Under the pieces are notes generated by a model. That model worked only from the letters and a program-made list of their open reading frames with translations. It had not been told where the DNA came from and ran no database searches. A program made the translations under genes and the position numbers. Of a stretch of DNA of 64,000 bases, positions 10,218 to 20,550 are shown piece by piece (within the stretch, counting starts at the first letter, position 1; each line of letters starts with the position of its first letter). The stretch spans positions 1,248,001 to 1,312,000 of the forward strand of contig OZ250173.1 in assembly GCA_965238075.1 (NCBI GenBank), given 5' to 3'. Origin of the DNA: Candidatus Entotheonellaceae bacterium (lineage in GTDB: Bacteria > Tectomicrobia > Entotheonellia > Entotheonellales > Entotheonellaceae).

Positions 10218-10305
10218 GTAGATCGGGTTGGCCGTAGGCGTAACCCGACAGCAGAAAGCCGCTGAGCGCAGCGGAATGTCGGCTTACGGTTCGCTATCGA
10301 CCTAC
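10218..10305. repeat. GTAG-type REP doublet (REPIN-like, inverted pair)
   Basis: gtagatcgggttggccgtaggcgtaacccgaca...tgtcggcttacggttcgctatcgacctac; close homologue at 38153. Confidence 0.85.
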
Positions 10306-10490
10306 AGGTTGATACGAAAACGTTCTGTCTGTTGCCGAAGTTAACCGGATGACGCCATGTGCGCTTAACCTGTAGCGGGCCGTGCCGCGGCTTGCTTCAG
10401 GCATGCCCTGACGTTTACAATGCCAGAATTGGTTGCCCGCCTGGACTGAAGCGTCCTCACTTGCTCGTTGCGCCGTAGAAAGGAAACCCA

Positions 10491-11120
10491 GTGGGACTGG
10501 AAACGATCTTTGGGAGCGGATTCATCACCTCGCAGCTCAACAAAATCATCAATTGGGGCCGCAAGAACTCCTTCTTTCCCCTGCCCTTCGTGACCGCTTG
10601 CTGCGGCATGGAATTCATGGCCACCTGGGGATCGCATTACGACGTTGCCCGTTTCGGCGCGGAACTGCCGCGGTTTTCGCCCCGGCAATCGGACCTGCTC
10701 ATGGTCGTCGGCACGATCAACCACAAGATCGCACCGGTTCTCAAGCGCGTTTACGATCAGATGTGCGAGCCGAAGTGGGTGATCGCCTTTGGGGCCTGCG
10801 CGGCTTCGGGAGGGTTTTACCGGAATTACGCCACCGTACAGGGCATCGACCGCATCATTCCGGTGGACGTGTACATCGCAGGTTGCCCACCGCGCCCGGA
10901 GGCGGTGCTGGAGGGGCTCATGCTGCTGCAGAAGAAGGTTGAGGGCGAGGACGTTCTCAATCGAAGCGCCCCCATCATGGTGAACGGCCAAGCCTATTCC
11001 GAGGATCGCCTGGTTCACGTCGAGCCGCCGGTGGACCGCCGGGCCGATCACGTTGTCGCGTCGCACGAGGGGCCGGGCGTGCACCCCTGGCAAGGCTTCG
11101 AAGAAACCGAACGCCGCTGA
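10491..11120 (+). CDS. nuoB: NADH-quinone oxidoreductase subunit B (orphan copy)
   Basis: ACCGMEF, SPRQSDL, GACAASGG, VDVYIAGCPPRPE N2-cluster motifs; AGAAAGGA RBS. Confidence 0.93.
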   Translation: MGLETIFGSGFITSQLNKIINWGRKNSFFPLPFVTACCGMEFMATWGSHYDVARFGAELPRFSPRQSDLLMVVGTINHKIAPVLKRVYDQMCEPKWVIAFGACAASGGFYRNYATVQGIDRIIPVDVYIAGCPPRPEAVLEGLMLLQKKVEGEDVLNRSAPIMVNGQAYSEDRLVHVEPPVDRRADHVVASHEGPGVHPWQGFEETERR

Positions 11121-11144
11121 TCCACTCACCCGCCGGCGCCGGCC

Positions 11145-12047
11145 TCAATTGTCCTTTGGCGGCCGGCGCACCTGCATTCCCAAATTATCCTCTAACACCT
11201 GCATCATGCCGCTCAAATCGTTCCCGCCGCGGCCGTTGGCGCGTGCCTGACGCATCAGGTTGATACACACGCTGCCCATCACCAACGGCACCGACAGCTC
11301 ATCGCCGAGCTCCAGCGCCAGACGCAAATCCTTGTGCGCCAAGTCGATGGTGAAGCCGGGGGAGAAATCCCCGGCGAAAATCTTGTGGGGAAACTGCCGC
11401 ATGGCCCAGCTGGCGCCGCTGCTGGATTGAACGATGTCGTGCAGAATCTGCGGGTCGACGCCCGCCTTGACGCCCAGCAGCATGCCCTCGAATGCCGCCA
11501 TGGAGTTGACGAAGGCCAGCATGTTGTTGACCACCTTGGCCACGCAGCCACTGCCGCTATCGCCGACCCGGAAAACATTGGCGCCGATGTGCTGCAGCAG
11601 GGGCCGGACGGTTTCAAAGGCACTCGCGTCGCCGCCCACCATGACGGCCAGCGTGGCTCCCTCGGCGCCCGCCACGCCGCCGCTCACCGGCGCATCCAGC
11701 ATTGTGACCCCCTTGGCCGCAAGGGTGGCGCACAGCCGTTGCGCCACGGTCGGGGAATTGGTGCTCAGATCGACGTAGATCAGGCCCGGGCGCGCGGCGT
11801 CCGCAATGCCGTCGGTCCCCAGCGCCACCTGCTCGATTTCCCGCGGCCCCGGCAGCGAGCTGAACACGATGTCGCACGCCAGCGCCACCGCCTTGGGGCT
11901 CTCGGCCTGCTGAGCGCCCAGGCTGACCATGCGTGCCAAGTTCGATGGATGCACGTCGAATACCAACACGTCATGGCCGGCCTCGATCAGGTGGCGACAC
12001 ATCGGCGTGCCAATGTTCCCGACCCCGATAAATCCAAGTTGCATCAC
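11145..12047 (-). CDS. 3-hydroxyisobutyrate dehydrogenase / 2-hydroxy-3-oxopropionate reductase family
   Basis: GFIGVGNIG, DAPVSGG, KVVNN, HKDL motifs. Confidence 0.92.
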   Translation of the reverse strand: MMQLGFIGVGNIGTPMCRHLIEAGHDVLVFDVHPSNLARMVSLGAQQAESPKAVALACDIVFSSLPGPREIEQVALGTDGIADAARPGLIYVDLSTNSPTVAQRLCATLAAKGVTMLDAPVSGGVAGAEGATLAVMVGGDASAFETVRPLLQHIGANVFRVGDSGSGCVAKVVNNMLAFVNSMAAFEGMLLGVKAGVDPQILHDIVQSSSGASWAMRQFPHKIFAGDFSPGFTIDLAHKDLRLALELGDELSVPLVMGSVCINLMRQARANGRGGNDLSGMMQVLEDNLGMQVRRPPKDN

Positions 12048-12262
12048 GATTCCCCTCTCGCAGGTAGGAATTGCCGGCCCATCCGGCGCCGTGCGGTTTT
12101 GTGAAGGCGCCCATCGTACACACCCGGAAAGGAGCGCTCAAGACCACGCGGATCGCTTCCCGAGGTGCCTGGAACGGCTTGACCCTGCCCATGCCCCTTG
12201 CTAGAGTGAGCCGCGAATTTGGCTGTCAACCTGTCCTCCCTCCAATCGAATCAGGAATAATT

Positions 12263-12736
12263 ATGAATTCGGCTCCAGTCAGCAAAGAAGCGGTCGTCCT
12301 CAAGTTGTTGGCAGAGGGAGACACCATGCTGTGCCTTGATGCGCGCCACCCCGACGTCTGCGTTCCGCCGCACCAAGCCCAGAACCCGGCCCTGCGACTG
12401 ATCCTCAATCGCGATTTTCCGCGCCCCATCGACGTGACTGAGGACGGTATCAGCGTCAATCTGTCGTTCGGCGGGCGGCGATTCGATTGCTACGTCGCCA
12501 TGGACGCGCTGTGGGCGGCGTTCAATCCGCACACCATGGAAGGCGCCCTGTGGCAAGAAAGCGCCTCGCCCGAGGTACTGGAAAGTCTCAAGGCTCAGTT
12601 GCAGGTGAAGCAGACCGCCGCGCCAGCTCCTGACGCAGCGCGCAAGCTAGGGCCGAAAGCGTTGCCGCGCGGCAACGGCGAGGCGCCAGCCTCCCAAACG
12701 CCTCGCAAACGGGGGCACCTGCGTTTGGTGAAGTAA
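12263..12736 (+). CDS. SspB-like ClpXP adaptor (stringent starvation protein B family)
   Basis: ISVNLSFGG core, disordered linker, C-terminal HLRLVK resembling the ClpX-binding LRVVK tail. Confidence 0.75.
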   Translation: MNSAPVSKEAVVLKLLAEGDTMLCLDARHPDVCVPPHQAQNPALRLILNRDFPRPIDVTEDGISVNLSFGGRRFDCYVAMDALWAAFNPHTMEGALWQESASPEVLESLKAQLQVKQTAAPAPDAARKLGPKALPRGNGEAPASQTPRKRGHLRLVK

Positions 12737-12770
12737 CCCGGCCGATGCCCTCCGGACGCGGAATCACACC

Positions 12771-13868
12771 ATGGCCAAACTCGACGCCTTCTTCAAGCTC
12801 ATGACGGAGCAGGGGGCGAGTGACCTGCACCTGGCCTCTGGCTCCCCGCCCCTATTGCGAGTCAATGGCGACCTGCAGCGCGTGCGTTACCCCGCCTTGA
12901 GCAACGACGACCTCAAGACCATGCTGTATGAAGTCACCCCGGCGACCCTGGTGAAACAGTTTGAGGAAACGGGGGACGCTGATTTTGCCCACGCGCCGCC
13001 CGGCTTGTCGCGTTACCGGGTCAACCTGTTCCTGCAGCAACACGGCGTCGCAGCGGTGTTCCGACAAATTCCCACCACCATTCCCAGCCTCGAAGCACTC
13101 GGGCTGCCGCGCATCCTGCTCAAATTACCCCTCTTGCCGCAGGGGCTCGTGCTGGTCACCGGGCCGACCGGGAGCGGCAAATCCACTACCTTGGCAGCGT
13201 TGATCGATTACGCCAACACGCACCGCAGGGACCACATCCTGACCATCGAGGACCCGGTGGAATTCGTCCACGCCAACAAAAACTGCGTGGTCAATCAGCG
13301 CGAGGTCGGCAGCCATACGCGCACGTTCGCCGCGGCGTTGCGGGCGGTGTTGCGAGAGGATCCGGACATCATCATGGTGGGCGAAATGCGCGATTTGGAA
13401 ACGATTCGCTTCGCCATCGAAGCGGCCTCGACCGGGCATCTGGTGTTCGCCACGCTGCACACCCGGAGCGCCGCCGCCACCATCAGCCGCATGGTGGATC
13501 TGTTCCCCGCCGCGCAACAGTCTTTGATTCGTGCAACCCTGGCCGACTCGCTACAGGCCATCGTGGCGCAGGTGCTGTTGAAGCGGCGCGATGCCGCCGG
13601 CCGCTGCGTCGCGCTGGAAATCCTTCTCGCCACCCCGGCGGTGCGCGCCCTCATTCGGGACGGCAAAACCCACCAGATTCCCACCGTGCTGCAAACCGGT
13701 AGGGCGCACGGCATGCAAGCGCTCGACGACGCGCTGCTGGAACACGTGCAGAGCGGGCGTATTCGTGCCGCGGAGGCCTATCCGCACGCCACGGACAAGA
13801 CTCGCTTCCGAGTCTTCCTGGACAACGCCGACAACCCTGCCGACACAACTTTGATATTGGGAGAATGA
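12771..13868 (+). CDS. pilT: type IV pilus retraction ATPase
   Basis: ASDLHL, GPTGSGKST, EDPVE, LREDPDIIMVGEMRD, TGHLVFATLH, LIRDGK. Confidence 0.92.
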   Translation: MAKLDAFFKLMTEQGASDLHLASGSPPLLRVNGDLQRVRYPALSNDDLKTMLYEVTPATLVKQFEETGDADFAHAPPGLSRYRVNLFLQQHGVAAVFRQIPTTIPSLEALGLPRILLKLPLLPQGLVLVTGPTGSGKSTTLAALIDYANTHRRDHILTIEDPVEFVHANKNCVVNQREVGSHTRTFAAALRAVLREDPDIIMVGEMRDLETIRFAIEAASTGHLVFATLHTRSAAATISRMVDLFPAAQQSLIRATLADSLQAIVAQVLLKRRDAAGRCVALEILLATPAVRALIRDGKTHQIPTVLQTGRAHGMQALDDALLEHVQSGRIRAAEAYPHATDKTRFRVFLDNADNPADTTLILGE

Positions 13869-13939
13869 TGGATGGGTGAGGCGGCCGGAACGGCCGCCAA
13901 CCGTAGGGATAGAGCAAGCAGCACGATCCCGCAAGGCGC

Positions 13940-14419
13940 TTATCTTTTGAACCGCTCCTCTTTGGGTTTACGGAACGGCTTGTGGCAGTCGCCACAGGCT
14001 TTGCCGAGGTTCTTCACCTGCGCGCCGATGGCCGCCATATCGCCGGCGGAAGCGACATCGGCCAGCTTGGCGCCTTCTTCCTGGAGCGTCTCTGCCGCGG
14101 CCACGAATTTGTCCCAATCCTGCCAGACCTCGGGCTTGGCATCGGTACGCCCCTCGGTGATCTCTTTCTCAAATGCCCCGGCAATCACCGCGCCCATGCG
14201 CGAGATATCACTGGCATGCACCCCGATATGGCCTGCAAAAGGCAGCTTGTGCTTCAAAATGTCGCCAATCGCCCCCATGCTGGCCCCCATGGACTTCATC
14301 ACCTTCTGCCGATAGCCCAAGAAATGCTCATCGTCTTGCGCCTGTGCGCCGGTCAGCATGAGAACCAACCCGAGCATGCCAATCAGCAGCGCCATCAGTG
14401 TAAGTTGCCTGCGTCTCAT
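13940..14419 (-). CDS. periplasmic cytochrome c' (class II cytochrome c)
   Basis: Signal peptide, RQxxMK, TDAKPEVW, C-terminal CGDCH. Confidence 0.9.
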   Translation of the reverse strand: MRRRQLTLMALLIGMLGLVLMLTGAQAQDDEHFLGYRQKVMKSMGASMGAIGDILKHKLPFAGHIGVHASDISRMGAVIAGAFEKEITEGRTDAKPEVWQDWDKFVAAAETLQEEGAKLADVASAGDMAAIGAQVKNLGKACGDCHKPFRKPKEERFKR

Positions 14420-14755
14420 AAAATTTCTCCCCCGTGATGCGATGGACCTTAATAGCCGTGTTCGATTGAACCTTCCTCGCCCAGGACACCGTGCTGCTTT
14501 GCGCCGGAAAGTAGCACCCCCGGCTTTTCCATGTCAAGCCACGACAAGGCGCTCGGATGGGCCGGATTGACGCACCAACGGAGGCGGCAACGCCCCTTTT
14601 TGAGAGGGTATTGGCCGCCAAATGGCGATGCAGGGGCTTTACAAGCGTGATATACTGCTGCTCCATCGTGGTTGGCGATCTGTAGCAGCCAAAACCGCGA
14701 CCCCACAGAGCCACGACTTGACCTATCACTTGCCTGATAGGAGGCAGCAGAGCAT

Positions 14756-15490
14756 ATGGCTTCATACTTTGGTGCCGGCTTGCAGAACATTATCCCGATG
14801 CTCGCAGGTCTCGGTACGATTGTGCAGCTCCTTGTTCTGAGTTCCCTTGTTCTCGCCTCTGTCGTCTGCTGGGCTATCATCTTCAACAAATCGCGTCAGC
14901 TCCGCCGTGTGCAGCGGTATGACCGGCGCTTTCGGCGTGCCTTCCAGTCGGCGCAGGATTTTGCCTTCCTGGCAGCCGCGGCGCGGCGCTTCTCGCAGTC
15001 GCCGATGGCAAGGCTATTGCGTACCGCGCATCGGTATGCCGCGGTATCGAGCAACGGCAGCGCGCCCGGCCTCTCCGGAAGGGGCTTGGACCGCTTACGC
15101 CAGACGCTCGACGCACGGTTGGCGGTCGAAACGGGAGAGCTTGAGGTCGGCCTGCCCTTTCTGGCCACAACCGCCAGCGTCACGCCTTTCATCGGTCTCC
15201 TAGGCACCGTATGGGGCATTATGCAGTCATTTCACGCCGTGGGTCAGGGAGGCAGCGCCTCGCTGGTCGTGGTGGGGCCTGGAATTTCCGAGGCGCTGGT
15301 GGCGACCGCCGCCGGCTTGGCGGCGGCCATCCCCGCCGTTATCGCATACAACTATTTCCTCAACCGTCTACACCGGATGGAAAGCGACATGCAGGGCTTC
15401 ATCGAGGAGCTCCTGCAGATGTTCGAGGCGGTGCCAATGGCAGAATCCGAGATGCCGACGGCCGGCGGCCATGTGCCGTTGCAGCATTGA
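14756..15490 (+). CDS. tolQ: TolQ
   Basis: PFIGLLGTVWGIM and GISEALVATAAGL motifs; first gene of tol-pal operon. Confidence 0.92.
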   Translation: MASYFGAGLQNIIPMLAGLGTIVQLLVLSSLVLASVVCWAIIFNKSRQLRRVQRYDRRFRRAFQSAQDFAFLAAAARRFSQSPMARLLRTAHRYAAVSSNGSAPGLSGRGLDRLRQTLDARLAVETGELEVGLPFLATTASVTPFIGLLGTVWGIMQSFHAVGQGGSASLVVVGPGISEALVATAAGLAAAIPAVIAYNYFLNRLHRMESDMQGFIEELLQMFEAVPMAESEMPTAGGHVPLQH

Positions 15491-15505
15491 TGAAGGATAC
15501 CCACC

Positions 15506-15925
15506 ATGGTAAGCGGTCGATCATCCCGTCGCGCGGCCCTTGCCGAAATCAACGTGACGCCGTTGGTTGACGTCATGCTGGTGCTGTTGATCATTTTCAT
15601 GATCACGGCACCCATGCTGCAGCACGAGGTGGAAGTCAACCTACCGGAAGTCACCAACAAGCCCCACAACACGCAGTCGGAGGAGCAACTCGTCCTCACC
15701 GTCACCAAGGAAGGAAGCGTTTTTCTCAACCGCAAGGCCTATACCCTGGAGGCATTGCGTCCACATCTACAGGTGCTGTCGCAGGCGCAGCCCGACCAGG
15801 AAATGTTTCTACGCGCCGATGCCGAGGTGCCGTACGGCAGAGTCGTCCAGGTCATGGACGCCGTCAAAAAAGCCGGCATTCTCAGGCTGGGGATGATTAC
15901 ACAACCTGAGCCGGATACACGATGA
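15506..15925 (+). CDS. tolR: TolR
   Basis: EINVTPLVDVMLVLLIIFMITAP. Confidence 0.93.
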   Translation: MVSGRSSRRAALAEINVTPLVDVMLVLLIIFMITAPMLQHEVEVNLPEVTNKPHNTQSEEQLVLTVTKEGSVFLNRKAYTLEALRPHLQVLSQAQPDQEMFLRADAEVPYGRVVQVMDAVKKAGILRLGMITQPEPDTR

Positions 15926-16800
15926 AAGCCGTCAAAGTCTCACATCAACCGGGTCATGCCAGACAGAGGCTGTTCGCCACCTCCTTTGGCGTTTCTGTGT
16001 TGATCCACGGCTTGGTGATTGGCTGGATGCTCAGCGGCAGTGGCGCAGCCCGCTCGCTGCTGTCGGATGTGCCATCGTTTCATACGGTCTCCCTGGTTGA
16101 TGCCCCTGGCTCTAATCTGCCTCCTGAGCCGGAATCGCAACCGCAAGCCATTGCCAAGCCGGCACCGGCGGCTAAGCCCAAGTCCGTTGAAGAGCCCGAG
16201 AAGCCAGCGGCAGTCGAAACCCGGGTCAAGAAGCCCGCACCGGCCAAAGCATCCGTCAAAAAGCCAGCACCAACCCAAACGTCCGTTAGAAAGCCAGCGC
16301 CGGCGGCGCCCAAGGTCGCTGCTGCGCAACCCAAGGCAGCACCGGCAGCCAAAGCCACCGCAAAGCCTAGATCGCCAGCCGGCCGCAACTCACCGCAGGC
16401 AGCGGCGCGCGCCCAACGGGCGGTCGCCAACATGCGACGCGCCCAGGCTCGCGTTCAAGGGACGAGCACGAACCAGACGCACAGCAGCATTGCCGCCCGG
16501 ATGCAGAACATACAGTTGCAGGCTTACCAGGGAATTGTGCAGGCGCGTATCACCAAGGCCTGGCATCTACCGATGATGAAAAAGACTGCGCAGGCGCTTC
16601 AGGCCGTTGCGCTGCTGATCATTGACCGTGAGGGGCAAGTGATTCGATATCAGTTGACCACGTCATCCGGCAATCGGCCGTTCGATGACGCCTTGAAACG
16701 GGCAGTGCGGGCTTCGTCGCCTTTACCGCCGCTACCGGAGTTTTTTCCGGGGGACATCCTGGAAGCTGAGATCCACTTTACACCGCCAGCGTCTTCGTGA
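15922..16800 (+). CDS. tolA: TolA
   Basis: TM with SxxxH, K/P/A-rich linker, C-terminal SSGNxxFD domain. Confidence 0.85.
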   Translation: MKAVKVSHQPGHARQRLFATSFGVSVLIHGLVIGWMLSGSGAARSLLSDVPSFHTVSLVDAPGSNLPPEPESQPQAIAKPAPAAKPKSVEEPEKPAAVETRVKKPAPAKASVKKPAPTQTSVRKPAPAAPKVAAAQPKAAPAAKATAKPRSPAGRNSPQAAARAQRAVANMRRAQARVQGTSTNQTHSSIAARMQNIQLQAYQGIVQARITKAWHLPMMKKTAQALQAVALLIIDREGQVIRYQLTTSSGNRPFDDALKRAVRASSPLPPLPEFFPGDILEAEIHFTPPASS

Positions 16801-18128
16801 GGACAAGCATGCGAATCGTGTCTCGCAATTGCGGCATTTTGGCCCTAGTACTCGTGTTGTGCTGGGTTGTCGACCCGGCGTCCCAGGAACGCATCCGTAT
16901 CGACATCAATCAGGTGGGCGACTACCTCCTTCCCATTGCGCTTCCGAAACTCAAGGGGGAAATGGTAGACCCGGTGCTGGGACAGCAAATCCGCACCGTG
17001 ATGCAGCGCGACCTCGAACGTACCGGGCTGTTCCGCATCATTGAATCAAACGGCAATAGCGTCCAGACGATCAAGACGTTACCTTATGGCGACTGGTCGA
17101 GTCTGGGGGCTGCGGGCGTTATCGCCGGTCAACTTGACGTGTCCCAGGGCCGGGCGCCGCTTACCTTGCAGCTCACGCTCCACGACGTCGCCCAACAATT
17201 GATGCTGTTCGGCAAGGTCTACCAGGGCTCCCGCGAGGGGCATCGGCGTATGGCCCACCGCTTCAGCGACCACGTGCTACAGGTCTTCACCGGCGAGCAG
17301 GGACCGTTCGACACCCAAGTCATGTGTGTCAGCCCCGTGCCGGATAGCAAGGCGACCGAGATCGTACGCATGGACTATGACGGCCACGGCGCGCGGCGCC
17401 TCGTCGCCAACGGCGCCTTGAATCTGGCCCCTGTGCTGTCGCCCGATGGCAGCGTTTTGGCGTACACTTCGTACCGCGCCGGCTCGCCGGACATTTACCT
17501 GCTGAACCTGCGCGACGGCCAGGAGGAACGCCTGACGAGCGAGCCGGGCCTGGCGCTGGCGGGTTCTTGGTCGCCCGACGGGCGCTATCTGGCCTTGAGC
17601 CGGACGATCGACGGCAACAACGACCTCTTCCTTTATGACACCCGGCGTCGGCGTTTCAAGAGACTGACGAACGATCCGGGCATTGACGTGTCCCCCAGTT
17701 TCGCCCCGGATGGCCGCCGTCTGGTCTTTACCTCGGACCGTGGCGGTTCGCCGCAACTTTATCTCACCAACGTGAAGGGAGGGAGGCCTGCCCGTCTGAC
17801 ATTTGAAGGGACCTACAATACCGCCCCGGCGTGGTCGCCGCGGGACGATACCATCGCTTATGTAGGACGCGGTGAGGATCGCGCGATGGCCATTTACACG
17901 ATCCATGCCGAAAGTCGCCAACGTCAGCGCCTGAGTTTCGGACCCCGTCAGTATGAGGCGCCGACTTGGGACCCGCACGGCCGTTTCTTGATGCACACCA
18001 GCAGGGTCGGAGACGCATGGCAACGCTACATTGTGCGCCAGGACGGACATGATAAAATACTTTCTGCCGCCAATGGGCTCGCCTGTCTCTCACCCCAATG
18101 GGTAACGCGCGCAAAACCATCGTCCTAA
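16797..18128 (+). CDS. tolB: TolB beta-propeller protein
   Basis: Signal peptide, repeated WSPDG/FAPDG PD40 repeats, operon position. Confidence 0.92.
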   Translation: MRTSMRIVSRNCGILALVLVLCWVVDPASQERIRIDINQVGDYLLPIALPKLKGEMVDPVLGQQIRTVMQRDLERTGLFRIIESNGNSVQTIKTLPYGDWSSLGAAGVIAGQLDVSQGRAPLTLQLTLHDVAQQLMLFGKVYQGSREGHRRMAHRFSDHVLQVFTGEQGPFDTQVMCVSPVPDSKATEIVRMDYDGHGARRLVANGALNLAPVLSPDGSVLAYTSYRAGSPDIYLLNLRDGQEERLTSEPGLALAGSWSPDGRYLALSRTIDGNNDLFLYDTRRRRFKRLTNDPGIDVSPSFAPDGRRLVFTSDRGGSPQLYLTNVKGGRPARLTFEGTYNTAPAWSPRDDTIAYVGRGEDRAMAIYTIHAESRQRQRLSFGPRQYEAPTWDPHGRFLMHTSRVGDAWQRYIVRQDGHDKILSAANGLACLSPQWVTRAKPSS

Positions 18129-18150
18129 ACCGTATAGGAGAATCAGCGTC

Positions 18151-18768
18151 ATGGTCTTTCAACTGTTGCGAATCACGGTAATTGTTTTCCTGTCAACGAT
18201 CCTTTTGGCAGGCTGTGGGCGTAAAGCCGGTTCGGTGGCGCCGGAGCCCCCCGCCGATATGGCGGCCTCGTCCGAGGAGGCTGACGCCGAGGCAGGCATG
18301 CCAGACGGAATGGGTGATGACGGGTCGATATCGGAAGAAGACATGCTCACCGAACGCGCCATGGTGGCCGAGGGGCAGGCTCGTCAGGCAGAAGCCATGC
18401 GCCAAGCCGAAATGGCCGAAATGACTCAGGCGGCTTTCGTAAACGAGGACATCCACTTTGCATTCGACAGCTTTCTGCTCGCCCCTGAGGCCGAACGCAT
18501 TGTCGGGGAGAAGGCTTCGTGGCTACAGGACAATGGCGGCGCCAGCATACAAATCGAGGGGCACTGCGACGAGCGCGGTACCAGCGCCTACAACCTTGCC
18601 CTCGGCGAACGCCGGGCCAACGCTGTGCAGCAGTACCTGACGGTGCTGGGCATTGCCCCCGACCGCCTCTCGACCATCAGTTATGGCGAGGAGCAGCCTC
18701 TGGATCCCGGCCATGACGAGGCGGCGTGGAGCCGTAACCGGCGGGCTCACTTCGTCGTTATTCAATAA
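18151..18768 (+). CDS. pal: peptidoglycan-associated lipoprotein
   Basis: Lipobox LAGC; IEGHCDERG..YNLALGERRA OmpA-like motif. Confidence 0.95.
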   Translation: MVFQLLRITVIVFLSTILLAGCGRKAGSVAPEPPADMAASSEEADAEAGMPDGMGDDGSISEEDMLTERAMVAEGQARQAEAMRQAEMAEMTQAAFVNEDIHFAFDSFLLAPEAERIVGEKASWLQDNGGASIQIEGHCDERGTSAYNLALGERRANAVQQYLTVLGIAPDRLSTISYGEEQPLDPGHDEAAWSRNRRAHFVVIQ

Positions 18769-18778
18769 ATAGAGAGAG

Positions 18779-19759
18779 GTGTTGCGTATGCGACGGTTTA
18801 CCTTATTTGCCAATCTTCTCATGGCCGGTCTCCTGTCCGGCTGCACGAGTGAAGTGGACATGGCCAATATGCGCGACAACACGTTGCATAGCACGCAAAT
18901 TCGATCCGATCAGGTCACGACGATACAGAACCGTGTGGCACGGTTGGAGGCGTCCGAAGAGGGGAGGCAGCGCAGCTTGATCCGTCTGACTGCCGCCTTG
19001 GATGAACTGCGTCTTGAGCAGCGGAAATTACGCGGCGAACTCGAGGAATTGCAGTACCATCAAGAACAAGTCAGAACCGGTCTGGATTACAGGCTGACTG
19101 CCCTGGATCAGCGTTTGCGAATCCTGGAGACTCGCTCCGGAGTGGGGGGCATCGCCCCAGGCCAACTTGACTCTGGTAGCGAGCCGCCGCTCCCTTTCGA
19201 TCCAGGCTCCGAGATTGAGCCGCCCGTGGAACCCGTCGCCGAACCGACTTTGCCAGCACCTCAGTCGGAACCCGTTGCAGTAGAACCGCCGGCAACACCG
19301 GAGCCAGAGGTCGTCGAGGCGCCGCCAACACCAGAACCGAAGCCTGTCGTAAAGCCGCCGGCCTTGCCACCGGAGAAAGATCCCGAAGCCATACGGCTGT
19401 TCCAGCGCGCCCGTGAAGATTACCAACAGGGCAACTACGAGGTGACGATCATTCTCTTCAAGCAGTACTTACGGCAGTATCAACAGTCCGCCCAAGCGGG
19501 GAACGCACAGTACTGGGTTGGCGAATCGCTATACGCGCAGAAGGAATATAATGCGGCCATCGTCGCCTTCGATGAGGTGATTCAGCAATATCCACAGAAC
19601 GAAAAAGTCCCGGCGGCAACGCTGAAGATCGGCCTATCGTTCGCCCATTTGGCTGACAAGCCGAACGCACGGTTCTTTCTGCGACAGGTTCAGGAAAAAT
19701 TTCCCAACAGCGCCGAAGCGCAGCTGGCCACCGAGAAGTTCAAGCAATTGCGACGTTAA
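18779..19759 (+). CDS. cpoB: cell division coordinator CpoB (YbgF)
   Basis: Lipobox LSGC, coiled coil, Pro-rich linker, TPR domain with NAQYWVGE; follows pal. Confidence 0.88.
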   Translation: MLRMRRFTLFANLLMAGLLSGCTSEVDMANMRDNTLHSTQIRSDQVTTIQNRVARLEASEEGRQRSLIRLTAALDELRLEQRKLRGELEELQYHQEQVRTGLDYRLTALDQRLRILETRSGVGGIAPGQLDSGSEPPLPFDPGSEIEPPVEPVAEPTLPAPQSEPVAVEPPATPEPEVVEAPPTPEPKPVVKPPALPPEKDPEAIRLFQRAREDYQQGNYEVTIILFKQYLRQYQQSAQAGNAQYWVGESLYAQKEYNAAIVAFDEVIQQYPQNEKVPAATLKIGLSFAHLADKPNARFFLRQVQEKFPNSAEAQLATEKFKQLRR

Positions 19760-19778
19760 CGGCGCGAGGAGAGCACTG

Positions 19779-20534
19779 ATGGGACGACTGGACGGTAAGG
19801 TGGCGTTGATCAGCGGCGGCGCGCGCGGCCAAGGCGCCACCGAGGGGCGGATGTTGGCACAGGAGGGCGCCAAGGTGGTCCTGGGCGACATCCTGGACGA
19901 GCAGGGCCGTGCGGTCGAAGCGGAAATCCGCGCTGCCGGCGGCGCGGCGACTTACGTGCACCTGAATGTCACCAGCGAGTCGGATTGGCAATCAGCGGTG
20001 CAAACAGCCGAAAGCACGTACGGCGGCTTGCACGTGCTGGTGAACAACGCCGGGATTTTGATCCGCGCCACAATCGAGGAGACCACGGAGGACGATTTTG
20101 ACCGCATCATGGCCGTCAACGTCAAGGGGGTATTTCTCGGCACGAAGCACGCCATACCGGCCATGCGCCGCGCCGGCGGCGGCTCGATTGTCAACATCTC
20201 GTCGGTCGCCGGACTCGTCGGAAGCCCCGGAGAGACCGCAGCGTACTCCGCCACCAAGGGCGGTGTGCGCCTGTTTACCAAGTCCACCGCGATTCAACAC
20301 GCCAAAGACAACGTTCGTTGCAATTCCGTGCACCCCGGTCCGATCGCCACCGACATGATCAAGGACATGCTCGAAGACCCAGAGCAGTGGGAGCAGCGGA
20401 TGCGGCGCCTACCCCTCAAGCGCCCCGGCAGGCCGGAGGATATCGCTTACGGCGTTATCTATCTGGCCTCGGATGAATCGTCGTACGTTACCGGCGCCGA
20501 ACTGGTGATTGACGGCGGCACCACGGCCGAGTAA
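19779..20534 (+). CDS. SDR oxidoreductase (3alpha/20beta-HSD / cyclopentanol dehydrogenase-like)
   Basis: SGGARGQG, NNAG, YSATK, NSVHPG. Confidence 0.92.
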   Translation: MGRLDGKVALISGGARGQGATEGRMLAQEGAKVVLGDILDEQGRAVEAEIRAAGGAATYVHLNVTSESDWQSAVQTAESTYGGLHVLVNNAGILIRATIEETTEDDFDRIMAVNVKGVFLGTKHAIPAMRRAGGGSIVNISSVAGLVGSPGETAAYSATKGGVRLFTKSTAIQHAKDNVRCNSVHPGPIATDMIKDMLEDPEQWEQRMRRLPLKRPGRPEDIAYGVIYLASDESSYVTGAELVIDGGTTAE

Positions 20535-20550
20535 CGCTTCCCGCCGAAGC

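Noticed and set aside
12263..13868. sspB-pilT adjacency as a functional system
   Set aside because: No further pilus or Clp genes nearby, and nothing beyond co-orientation supports a link
16222..16320. 30-bp tandem repeats (VKKPAP units)
   Set aside because: Ordinary low-complexity TolA linker
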